From Gemmatimonadales bacterium (lineage in GTDB: Bacteria; Gemmatimonadota; Gemmatimonadetes; Gemmatimonadales; GWC2-71-9): a stretch of DNA of 64,000 bases. Each line of letters starts with the position of its first letter. The first letter of the stretch is position 1. Of this stretch, positions 17,005 through 25,337 are shown in pieces. The translations under genes were made by a program, and so were the position numbers. Location of the stretch: the NCBI GenBank assembly GCA_052389555.1, contig JBQTHV010000108.1:35-64034 (forward strand), read 5' to 3'. A model generated the notes under the pieces. That model saw only the letters and a program-made list of their open reading frames with translations, was not told where the DNA came from and did no database searches.

Positions 17005-17802
17005 ATGCGGATTGTTGCGTTTGCGCTCGTAGGTATGGTGGCGGTGGCGGGATGTCGTCGGGGTGACCAGTACGCGGCCACCGACACCACGGCGCGCGAT
17101 ATTCAGCTGCCGAATGCTGACACGACGCTATCGTTCGGAGATCGACCGGTAGCTCCGGCCCCCGCGCCGGCTCCGGCCACACCCACACCGAGGCCAACGG
17201 CGCCTGCACCTCGGCCGCCAGCGGCCGCACCGGCTCCGGCACCGGCGCCGCCCGCTCCTGCACCGGCGCCGAGAGCAGCGCCCCGGCTCGAGGCAGGGGC
17301 GACCATCGAGGCGCGAGCCACGCGCGAGATCACGTCGAAGGTGAACAAGGCGGGTGAGATGTTCACGGCCCGCATCAGTGACGCCGTCACCGGAGCCGAT
17401 GGGCGAATGGTCATCCCGGCCGGCTCCGAGGTCACCATGACCATCGTGGATATCAAGCCGGCCCCGAACAAGGGTGCGAAGGACGGCACCCTGGTGCTCC
17501 GCGCCACCAGCGTCACGATCAACGGGAAGTCCCATCCGCTCGATGCGGAGGTGACCTACGTTGAGCACACGCTCAAGGGCAGAGGCGTCGGGACTGCCGA
17601 GGCAGCCAAGGTTGGTGTCGGCGCTGCCGCCGGTGCCATTATCGGCAAAGTGATCGGCGGCGGAGCGGGCGCCGCTGCCGGTGCCGTGACCGGCGCCGCG
17701 GCGGGAGCCGCCGTTGCCGTGGAGACCGCTGATCGCGACGTGGTGATCCCGTCCGGCGGGCTTATCCGGATCTCGTTGCGCTCTCCGTTGATCGCGGACT
17801 AA
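17005..17802 (+). CDS. lipoprotein with Pro/Ala-rich linker and glycine-zipper C-terminus
   Basis: MRIVAFALVGMVAVAGC lipobox after RBS GGGAGGA, (PAPA)n low-complexity region, GAAAGAIIGKVIGGGAGAAAGAVTGAAAGAAVA. Confidence 0.65.
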   Translation: MRIVAFALVGMVAVAGCRRGDQYAATDTTARDIQLPNADTTLSFGDRPVAPAPAPAPATPTPRPTAPAPRPPAAAPAPAPAPPAPAPAPRAAPRLEAGATIEARATREITSKVNKAGEMFTARISDAVTGADGRMVIPAGSEVTMTIVDIKPAPNKGAKDGTLVLRATSVTINGKSHPLDAEVTYVEHTLKGRGVGTAEAAKVGVGAAAGAIIGKVIGGGAGAAAGAVTGAAAGAAVAVETADRDVVIPSGGLIRISLRSPLIAD

Positions 17803-19526
17803 TACCCGGCGCCACCCCCGCCCCGACGGGGGTCGCTCACACCTTGCCAGCCCTGGGGAACGCGGATGATGGCCGCCACGTCTCCCCAGGGTGCTCCTTC
17901 AATCACCGAATGTCCCATCTGTCTCAGGCTGTCGAGCACAGCCCGACCGAATCCGTTCCGCTCAACCCGGATAGTGTCGGGCAGTGCCTGATGATGGAGC
18001 CGTGGCGCCGTCACCGCATTGGCGAGCGTCATCCGGTGGTCAATCACGTTGGAGATCACGTGATAAACCATTGTGATGATGCGCGGCCCTCCTGGCGTAC
18101 CCGCAACCATCAGCAGGCGCCCTTGGGGATCCAGCACGATGCTAGGGGTCATCGCCGACAACATGCGCTTGCCGGGCGCGATCGCGTTCGCCTCGCCCTG
18201 GACCAGGCCGTACATGTTGGGTCTGCCGGGCGCCGTCGCGAAGTCATCCATCTCGTCGTTGAGGAGGAACCCCGCCCCGGTCACCGTGACGGCTGACCCA
18301 TAGCTGTTGTTCAGGGTCGTGGTGCAGCTCACCGCATTGCCGTCTGCATCGACGACCGAGTAGTGGGTCGTCGACGATCCGCGTGGCGCGCTGGCGGTGA
18401 ATCGAGGGGTCGGGGTCGCCCGAGCGGGATCGATCTGCATTCGCAGGCTGTCGGCGTGCTCCTTGGAGATCAGACGCTCGATCGGAGCGGTGACGAAGGC
18501 GGGATCGCCGAGATAGTGATTGCGGTCCATGAAGGCCCGGCGCATCGCTTCCGCCTCACGGTGGAGCAGGGCAGTCGACCCGAAGGGCGGCAGCGGTGAC
18601 CATCCCTCCATGATGTTGAGGATTTCCGCGATCGTCACGCCGCCCGAGCTGGACGGCGGCATCGAATAGATGGTGTGGTCCCGATAGCGAATGAGCACAG
18701 GCTCCCGCCAGATCGCCCGGTAGTTCGCCAGGTCTTCGCGGGTTATGATCCCGCCGCTCCGCTCCATCTCGCGGACGATGAGTTCCGCGACCCGCCCCCG
18801 GTAGAATCCGGCCGCTCCCTGGCCACGGATGGCGAGGAGTGTCCGAGCCAGGTCGGGCTGCCGGAGCCGGCTTCCCGGTGCCGGCGCGGGTCCACCGGGC
18901 AGGAACTGCTGACGTGAGGCGGGAAAGAGATAGAGCCGGTTGCGGTCGGAATCGATCGAAGCGCTGCGGAAGGAATCGACCACGAATCCGTCGCGGGCCA
19001 GCGCAACGGCAGGATCGATGACCGTGCGGAACGGCAGCTTCCCATAGCGGCGATGGGCCTCGACCAAACCCGCCACCGACCCCGGCACGCCCGCCGAGAG
19101 TGCCCCGGTGATGCTCAGCTCGGTGGGGTTCCCGCGGCGGTTGAGATACAGGTCGCGAGTGGCGCGGCCGGGTGCGATCTCGCGGTAATCGAGAGCCTGG
19201 ACCTTCCCGTCGGCGGTGCGAATCACCATGAACCCGCCGCCCCCGATATTGCCGGCCTCGGGATGAACGACCGCCAGCGCAAAGCCGACCGCGACAGCGG
19301 CATCGACGGCGTTGCCGCCGCGCTGGAGGATCTCGCGGCCTACTTCGCTCGCGATGGGACTGCCCGAGACAACCATGGCGCGGGGTGCCTCAGTGACGCG
19401 GGCTCGGCCCGCGAGCGGCCAGGTAGGCTCCCCGCGTGGTGCGGGGCCCTGAGCGGGAGCGGCGCTGATCGGAATGATCCCCAGGAGGATCGATCCGAGG
19501 AATCGGAGATGACGGAGAGTGGTCAT
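17799..19526 (-). CDS. ggt: gamma-glutamyltransferase
   Basis: 575 aa with signal peptide, nucleophile region GSSTTHYSVVDADGNAVSCTTTLN, and GGPRII. Confidence 0.9.
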   Translation of the reverse strand: MTTLRHLRFLGSILLGIIPISAAPAQGPAPRGEPTWPLAGRARVTEAPRAMVVSGSPIASEVGREILQRGGNAVDAAVAVGFALAVVHPEAGNIGGGGFMVIRTADGKVQALDYREIAPGRATRDLYLNRRGNPTELSITGALSAGVPGSVAGLVEAHRRYGKLPFRTVIDPAVALARDGFVVDSFRSASIDSDRNRLYLFPASRQQFLPGGPAPAPGSRLRQPDLARTLLAIRGQGAAGFYRGRVAELIVREMERSGGIITREDLANYRAIWREPVLIRYRDHTIYSMPPSSSGGVTIAEILNIMEGWSPLPPFGSTALLHREAEAMRRAFMDRNHYLGDPAFVTAPIERLISKEHADSLRMQIDPARATPTPRFTASAPRGSSTTHYSVVDADGNAVSCTTTLNNSYGSAVTVTGAGFLLNDEMDDFATAPGRPNMYGLVQGEANAIAPGKRMLSAMTPSIVLDPQGRLLMVAGTPGGPRIITMVYHVISNVIDHRMTLANAVTAPRLHHQALPDTIRVERNGFGRAVLDSLRQMGHSVIEGAPWGDVAAIIRVPQGWQGVSDPRRGGGGAGY

Positions 19527-19548
19527 ACCCGTAATTTACCCGGCACCC

Positions 19549-20490
19549 ATGGACTCCCCTTCCTCGCGGCAGCCGTCCCCTCCGCTTCGAGTCACCGAAC
19601 GCCGCAATCCGCGCACCGCCAATATCGACATCGCGACTCCGCTCGAGATCGTCGATCTGATCGCGCGGGAGGATGCCGGCGTGTCCGCGGCAGTCGCGAG
19701 CGCGCGGCTCGAGATCGCCCGTGCCATGGAGCTGATCGAGGCGTCGTTCCGGACGGGCGGCCGGCTGATCTACGTCGGTGCCGGTACCAGCGGACGGCTC
19801 GGCGTGCTCGACGCGGCGGAGTGCCCCCCGACGTTCGGTACGACGCCGGAGATGGTGGTCGGCATCATTGCCGGCGGGCGCGAGGCCCTAACCCGCTCGG
19901 TCGAAGGCGCGGAGGACGATGCCGCGGCCGGTGCCGCGGTGATGGATGAGCACGGGGTGGGCTCGTCGGATACCCTCGTGGGCATCGCGACCAGCGGGAC
20001 GACCCCGTATGTCCGCGCCGCGCTGCTCCAGGCCAGGGCCCGCGGGGCCCGGACCGTGTTCCTAACCTGCGTGGAGCCTCCCGAGGGCATCCGGGACGCC
20101 TGCGACGTCACCATCGCGGTGCTCACGGGCCCGGAAGTGGTGACCGGTTCGACTCGCATGAAGGCGGGCACGGCCACGAAGCTCGTGCTCAACACCCTCA
20201 CCACCGGTGCCCTGGTGCGGCTCGGCAAGACCTACGGCAACCTGATGGTGGACCTGCAGGCCTGGAATCAGAAGCTGACCGATCGCGGTGAGCGGATCGT
20301 GATGGCCGTGACCTCCGTGGATCGCGACGCCGCACGTGCGGCCATCGCCGCGGCGAGCGGATGGGTGCGTACCGCGATCGTGATGGTTCGGCGGGGCTGC
20401 TCGCGCGAGGAGGCCGAAGCGCTGCTCCAGGCCAACGACAACCATCTCCGCCCAATTCTGGGAGAACCGCCGCCTATCGGTCCGGAATGA
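19549..20490 (+). CDS. murQ: N-acetylmuramic acid 6-phosphate etherase
   Basis: ERRNPRTANID, GAGTSGRLGVLDAAECPPTFG, VEGAEDD and GSTRMKAGTATK motifs. ATG 19549 avoids overlap with the divergent ggt. Confidence 0.9.
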   Translation: MDSPSSRQPSPPLRVTERRNPRTANIDIATPLEIVDLIAREDAGVSAAVASARLEIARAMELIEASFRTGGRLIYVGAGTSGRLGVLDAAECPPTFGTTPEMVVGIIAGGREALTRSVEGAEDDAAAGAAVMDEHGVGSSDTLVGIATSGTTPYVRAALLQARARGARTVFLTCVEPPEGIRDACDVTIAVLTGPEVVTGSTRMKAGTATKLVLNTLTTGALVRLGKTYGNLMVDLQAWNQKLTDRGERIVMAVTSVDRDAARAAIAAASGWVRTAIVMVRRGCSREEAEALLQANDNHLRPILGEPPPIGPE

Positions 20491-21656
20491 CCAGCCGTCC
20501 TGCCTTCCCGCCGTCCTGCATGACCAGCGGTCCTGCCGTCCCACCGTCCAGCCGTCCGGCGACCGGGATCGGTCTCATGTCCGGCACCTCCCTCGACGGT
20601 ATGGACGCCGCGCTGGTGCGGTTCACCGGACCCACCCATGCCGAGCTGGTTGGTTTTGCCCACCGCCCCTATCACCCGGAGGAGCGGCGGGAGATCGAGG
20701 AGGCCATCGAGCGGCAGGTCGGCGGTGCGCGGCGCCTCGCGCATCTCCACGCGCGACTCGGCGAGTGGGCGGTGGAGGCCGTCGAGGAGGTCCTAACCCG
20801 CTCACGCTTCACCGCGCAGGGCCTCGACTTCATTGCCTTTCATGGCCAGACCGTGTGGCACGAGCCGCCGCTGGTCACGTTGCAGCTTGGCGAACCGGCC
20901 TGGCTGGCCGAACGGTTCGGCGTGCGGGTGGTGTCCGGGTTCCGGGGCCGGGACCTCGCGGCCGGAGGCGAAGGGGCCCCGCTCGTCCCCATGGCCGATG
21001 TGCTCCTGTTCGGCGCCGAGCAGGGTCCCCGGATTCTGCTCAACCTGGGCGGCATGGCAAACCTGACGTACGTGCTGCGCCGAGCGGTAGAGGACGGCGC
21101 GTTTGCCTTCGACACCGGGCCAGGGATGGCGGTGATCGATGGGGTCGCGCGGCTGGTTGACCCGTCGCTTCCATTCGATCTCGACGGGGCGCTCGCTCGC
21201 TCGGGTCATCCGGACGAAGCCGTGTTGGGGGAGTTGCTGGCCGACCCCTTCTTCGCTCAAGAGCCGCCCAAGAGCACCGGGCGGGAGCGGTTCGGCACCG
21301 CTTACGCGCAACGCCTTTATGGGCGTCTCGGCAGCAATGCGGTGGTGACAGCGGTGGAGCTGACTGCCCGGTCGATTGCCCACGCGCTCGAAGCGTGGAC
21401 TCCGGCCGGAGTGGAAGTCGTCGCGTCTGGCGGTGGCTGCCGGCATCCCATCCTCTGGAGCGCGCTCGCCGATCGGCTGTCGCGCCAGGGCCGGTCCCTT
21501 CGGCCGTTCGACCAGCTCTTCTTTCCCGGGGAAGCGAAGGAAGCAGTGGCGTTCGCCCTGCTTGGCTATCTCACCATTCACGGACAGCCCGGGAATCTCC
21601 CCGCCGCTACCGGCGCCCGAGGGCCTCGCGTGTTAGGAGTGATCACTCCTCCGTGA
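20487..21656 (+). CDS. anmK: anhydro-N-acetylmuramic acid kinase
   Basis: GLMSGTSLDGMDAALV signature. ATG 20487 overlaps the murQ stop (ATGA). The first ~25 codons are repeat-derived, and ATG 20576 is an alternative start. Confidence 0.88.
   Translation: MTSRPAFPPSCMTSGPAVPPSSRPATGIGLMSGTSLDGMDAALVRFTGPTHAELVGFAHRPYHPEERREIEEAIERQVGGARRLAHLHARLGEWAVEAVEEVLTRSRFTAQGLDFIAFHGQTVWHEPPLVTLQLGEPAWLAERFGVRVVSGFRGRDLAAGGEGAPLVPMADVLLFGAEQGPRILLNLGGMANLTYVLRRAVEDGAFAFDTGPGMAVIDGVARLVDPSLPFDLDGALARSGHPDEAVLGELLADPFFAQEPPKSTGRERFGTAYAQRLYGRLGSNAVVTAVELTARSIAHALEAWTPAGVEVVASGGGCRHPILWSALADRLSRQGRSLRPFDQLFFPGEAKEAVAFALLGYLTIHGQPGNLPAATGARGPRVLGVITPP
20490..20560. repeat. CCGTCC-type octamer-like array in anmK 5' region
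   Basis: CCAGCCGTCCTGCC...CCGTCCTGC...GGTCCTGCCGTCCCACCGTCCAGCCGTCC read directly. Confidence 0.8.
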
Positions 21657-23068
21657 CGCCCGGTCGCCTGGTTTTTCCGGCGCTCCGCTGGCGCGAGGAG
21701 ACCGGCTTCGCCCATGAGGAAGACGCGATGGAGCGGGCGCTCGGCTTCGGCACCGGGGGATTCATCCTGTTCGGCGGGACCCGGGAGACCGTGGCCGAGC
21801 TCACCGCCCGATTGCGCCGAGCGGCCGGCCGCCCGCTGCTCTTTGCCGCCGATCTGGAGCGCGGGCCGGGCCAGCAGGTGCGCGGCCTGGACGAGTTGCC
21901 GCCACCCATGGCGCTCGCGTCGCTCGGCGATGCCGCCGTGCTGCGCGGGGCCGGCGTGCTAACGGGCCTCGAGGCGCTCTCGGTGGGCATCAATTGGGTG
22001 CTTGCCCCCGTCGCCGATCTCGACATCGAGCCCGAGAATCCGATCGTGCAAACCCGTGCCTTTGGCGACGACCCGGCGGGAACCGCTGCTGCGGTGGCGG
22101 CGTGGATCGTGGGCTGCGAAGCGGCCGGCGCTCTGGCGTGCGGGAAGCACTTTCCCGGCCATGGCCGGACCTGCCGCGATTCGCATCTCGAGCTGCCGGT
22201 CGTCACCGCCGATGCTACCACCCTGCGCGGCACCGATTTGGAGCCGTTTCGGGCCGCCATTGGGGCGGGGGTGAGCACAATGATGACCGCCCACGTGGCC
22301 TATCCGGCGCTGGATCCGAGCGGCGCGCCCGCGACCTTCTCGGCGCCCATCATCGAGATCCTGCGCCGCGAGCTCGGGTTCGCGGGAATCGTGGCCTCGG
22401 ATGCCCTGATCATGGCAGGGGCAACCGGTCGTCCCGCGGAGCGCGCCGCGCTCGATGCGGTACGGGCTGGGGTGGATGTTCTGCTTTATCCCGATGACCC
22501 GGTAACCATTGCGGGGGCCCTGGATCGCGAATCAGGCCGAGACCCGACGGTTCGAGCCCGGGTGGATGCCGCGCTCGAACGGTACCAGACGGCGCTGGAG
22601 GCCGTAGCGGGTGCGGAACTGGTCGAGCCGGTGCCACCCGCCGGTTCCGCCCAGGCGCTGGGCGACTGGCTGCTCACCGCCCCGCTGCTTCGGGGCGAGT
22701 TCCCCGCCTTGCGAGCGCCGCTCGAGCTAGTGATCGTGGACGACGATCTGGCCGGGCCGGGGCCGGTCTCCCCTAACACGCAGGTCGCCGAGGCGCTCGC
22801 CGCGCGGGGGGTTCCGCTCGGACCCGGCGGCAGCCGGATCGTGCTGGCCTTCACCGAGCCGCGCGGCTACAAAGGATGGGCGGGCTTCGGCCCGGCCAGC
22901 CGGGAGGCCCTAACCCGCGCCGCTCCGGAGGCCGCCCTGGTCGTGCTCTTTGCCCATCCCCGCCACGCGGCGGCCATCCCGGGCCGGGCGCCGATCCTCT
23001 TGGCCTGGCATCGCCAGCGGCTCATGCAGGAGGCGGTGGCCCGGCGGGTCAGCGCCGCTCTCGGGTGA
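21653..23068 (+). CDS. nagZ: beta-N-acetylhexosaminidase (GH3)
   Basis: GKHFPGHGRT and GH3 N-terminal domain pattern. GTG 21653 overlaps the anmK stop. Confidence 0.88.
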   Translation: MTPGRLVFPALRWREETGFAHEEDAMERALGFGTGGFILFGGTRETVAELTARLRRAAGRPLLFAADLERGPGQQVRGLDELPPPMALASLGDAAVLRGAGVLTGLEALSVGINWVLAPVADLDIEPENPIVQTRAFGDDPAGTAAAVAAWIVGCEAAGALACGKHFPGHGRTCRDSHLELPVVTADATTLRGTDLEPFRAAIGAGVSTMMTAHVAYPALDPSGAPATFSAPIIEILRRELGFAGIVASDALIMAGATGRPAERAALDAVRAGVDVLLYPDDPVTIAGALDRESGRDPTVRARVDAALERYQTALEAVAGAELVEPVPPAGSAQALGDWLLTAPLLRGEFPALRAPLELVIVDDDLAGPGPVSPNTQVAEALAARGVPLGPGGSRIVLAFTEPRGYKGWAGFGPASREALTRAAPEAALVVLFAHPRHAAAIPGRAPILLAWHRQRLMQEAVARRVSAALG

Positions 23069-24702
23069 CCGCGCTCGACTGGCTGGTCGTGGCCCTGTAT
23101 CTCGGGGTCACGCTCACGGTCGGCCTGCTCCTCGCCCGGCGAGGTGCGAAGAGCCTCGCCGAGTTCTTCGTCGGCGCGCGCTCGATTCCGTGGTGGCTGG
23201 CCGCCACCTCCATGGCGGCGACGACTTTCAACGTGGACACGCCGCTGTACGTGGCGGGTCGGGTGGCCCAGGCCGGCGTGGCCGGGAACTGGGAATGGTG
23301 GAGCTTCGCCTTCGCCCATGTGCTGCTCGCGGTCTTGCTGGCGAAGCTCTGGCGGCGGGCCGGCATCCTGACCGACATGGAGCTCACCCAGCTCCGGTAC
23401 GGGGGGCGGCCGGCCGCGGTGCTGCGCTCGGTCCGGGCCTTTCTCTTCGCAGTGCCGATCAACTGCATCGGGATCGGCTACGGGATGCTCGCGATGCGAA
23501 AGGTCATCGTCGGGCTCGACCTGCTGGGCGGACTTCCCGACCTGCCGGGCGATCCTCGCCTCTGGGCGCTGCTCCCGATCGTGGTGATCGTGCTGGCGTA
23601 CACGGCGGCGGCGGGTCTCTGGGGAGTCGTGGCCACCGATTTCGTCCAGTACCTGCTGGCCCTCGCCGGGGCGTTCACCGTCATGGGCTTTGCGCTCCAC
23701 GAGCTCGGCGGGTTAGGGTCGATGCTGGACCGCCTTCGAGCGACGGGGCAGGGCAACCGGCTGGCGCTGGTTCCGCTGGGGTCGGAGGCCCTCGTGCCAC
23801 TCTCGACGTTCCTCGGATATATCGGGATCCAGTGGTGGGCGTTCCGGAACAGCGACGGCGGCGGGATGTTCGTCCAGCGGCTCTCCGCTACGGCCAACGA
23901 GCGGGAAGCGCGCAAGGCGGCCCATGCATTCAACGTGCTCAATTACGTCGTGCGCACCTGGCCCTGGGTCCTGGTGGGCCTCGCCGCACTGGTGGTCTTG
24001 CCGGGTCTGGCCGATCCGGAGCTTGCCTATCCGCTGCTCATGGTGCGCTATCTCCCGGCGGGTTTGCTGGGACTGGTGTTCGCGAGCCTCCTCGCCGCAT
24101 TCATGTCCACGGTCTCGACTCAGGTGAACTGGGGCGCGAGTTACCTCGTCCATGACCTCTACGCGCGCTGGCGCCCGACCGGCGACGAGCGCAAGCTGCT
24201 TCGGGTCGCGCGTTGGGCGACGATCGGCATCACCCTGCTGGCTGCGATCGTGTCGTTCTTCATGGAAAGTGTGGGCACGGTCTTCCGGTTCCTGATACTG
24301 ATTGGGAACGGGCCGGGGCTCGTCCTGCTGCTGCGCTGGTTCTGGTGGCGGGTGAACGCCTGGGCCGAGATCTCGGCGATGCTCGCGGGATTGGGAATCG
24401 CGCTGCTCACCTACCTTCCGCCTCTGGCGCATCTGACCTTCGGGGCTCGCCTGATGCTCACCGGGTTCGGCTCGCTGGCGGTCTGGCTGCCGGTGATGCT
24501 GCTTACCCGGCCCGAGGCGCCCGCGGTCCTGGATCGGTTCTACGCGCGAGTGAGGCCCGGAGGCGCCTGGGGGCCGGTGCGCCAGCGGGTTAGGCTCGCT
24601 CCTCTCGACGACCTGGCCGCTGATGCCCGGCGCTGGCTCCTCTGGATGGTCGTGATTCTGGGCGGCATGCTGGGGATCGGGTGGATGCTCTTGGCTCAGT
24701 GA
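23065..24702 (+). CDS. sodium:solute symporter family transporter
   Basis: FFVGARSIPWWLAATSMAATTFNVDTP, about 13 TM segments. GTG 23065 overlaps the nagZ stop. Confidence 0.85.
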   Translation: MTALDWLVVALYLGVTLTVGLLLARRGAKSLAEFFVGARSIPWWLAATSMAATTFNVDTPLYVAGRVAQAGVAGNWEWWSFAFAHVLLAVLLAKLWRRAGILTDMELTQLRYGGRPAAVLRSVRAFLFAVPINCIGIGYGMLAMRKVIVGLDLLGGLPDLPGDPRLWALLPIVVIVLAYTAAAGLWGVVATDFVQYLLALAGAFTVMGFALHELGGLGSMLDRLRATGQGNRLALVPLGSEALVPLSTFLGYIGIQWWAFRNSDGGGMFVQRLSATANEREARKAAHAFNVLNYVVRTWPWVLVGLAALVVLPGLADPELAYPLLMVRYLPAGLLGLVFASLLAAFMSTVSTQVNWGASYLVHDLYARWRPTGDERKLLRVARWATIGITLLAAIVSFFMESVGTVFRFLILIGNGPGLVLLLRWFWWRVNAWAEISAMLAGLGIALLTYLPPLAHLTFGARLMLTGFGSLAVWLPVMLLTRPEAPAVLDRFYARVRPGGAWGPVRQRVRLAPLDDLAADARRWLLWMVVILGGMLGIGWMLLAQ

Positions 24703-24766
24703 GACGGGAGGACGGTAGGGCGGTAAGACGGTAAGACGGTAAGACGGTAAGACGGTAGGACGGTAG
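24703..24766. repeat. tandem octamer array (GACGGTAA/G) x8, left arm of inverted pair
   Basis: Units read directly, starting the base after the transporter TGA (24700-24702). Confidence 0.95.
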
Positions 24767-24784
24767 GATGAGGGTAGCGTTCGG

Positions 24785-25144
24785 CTACCCCTTTCTCGCC
24801 GCCGCTTCGTAGAGGCGCCAGAGCTGCTTGCCGGCTTCGTCTCGGTTGCGCTCGATCGTTTCCCACTCACCCCTAGCAAGAAACCCAAGATCGCGAGCTA
24901 CCAGGAGGACATAGCTCAACTCCGCAGTCGACCCAATCGCCATATCGAGGAATCGACGGAACTCCCGGGGTCCTCGCTTGGCGGCTCCTTCAGCGATGTT
25001 TGAGGCGATCGAAAAGGCTGCCCGCCGGGCTTGAGTGGTCAGCCCGTAGATCTCATGTCTAGGCCAAGTCCCGGTGGCCTGGTAGACTAGCAGAACGAGT
25101 TGGTGGGACGCCTTCCATGCTCGGAGCCGCTCATAGGGTGCCAT
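24785..25144 (-). CDS. four-helix-bundle protein (23S rRNA intervening-sequence protein / Avd-like family)
   Basis: MAPYERLRAWKASHQLVLLVYQAT...EIYGLTTQARRAAFSIASNIAEGAAKRGPREFRRFLDMAIGSTAELSYVLLVARDLGFL matches the family signature (QLRRAa.SI..NIAEG..r....e..rFl.iA.GS..El...l). Confidence 0.85.
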   Translation of the reverse strand: MAPYERLRAWKASHQLVLLVYQATGTWPRHEIYGLTTQARRAAFSIASNIAEGAAKRGPREFRRFLDMAIGSTAELSYVLLVARDLGFLARGEWETIERNRDEAGKQLWRLYEAAARKG

Positions 25145-25276
25145 GGTCCTAGCCTAGGAAGCCCGGGGGAATAACAACAACCATTTCTACCCTGGATAGG
25201 ATCTTTCCTACGCCAATCGACGATCTGGCCCAAACGCCCCCCAACCGCCCCAGCGTCTCATCCGGCGGGGCACTTT

Positions 25277-25337
25277 CCCTCTTACCCTCTTACCCTCTTA
25301 CCGTCTTACCGTCTTACCGTCTTACCGTCCTACCGCC
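25277..25337. repeat. tandem octamer array (CCCTCTTA x3, CCGTCTTA x3, CCGTCCTA), right arm
   Basis: Reverse complement of the left arm. About 33 nt are near-perfectly complementary (CTTACCGTCTTACCGTCTTACCGTCCTACCGCC versus the reverse complement of 24719-24750). Contains the phosphatase stop codon (25330-25332). Confidence 0.95.

Noticed and set aside
17150-17290. GC-rich periodic sequence in the lipoprotein gene as another repeat-array insertion
   Set aside because: It reads as a continuous (Pro-Ala)n low-complexity linker without a fixed 7-9 nt unit. It is more simply explained as a Pro/Ala-rich spacer.
24785-25144. Four-helix-bundle gene as the Avd component of a diversity-generating retroelement
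   Set aside because: There is no reverse transcriptase gene and no template/variable repeat pair with adenine-specific differences anywhere in the window.
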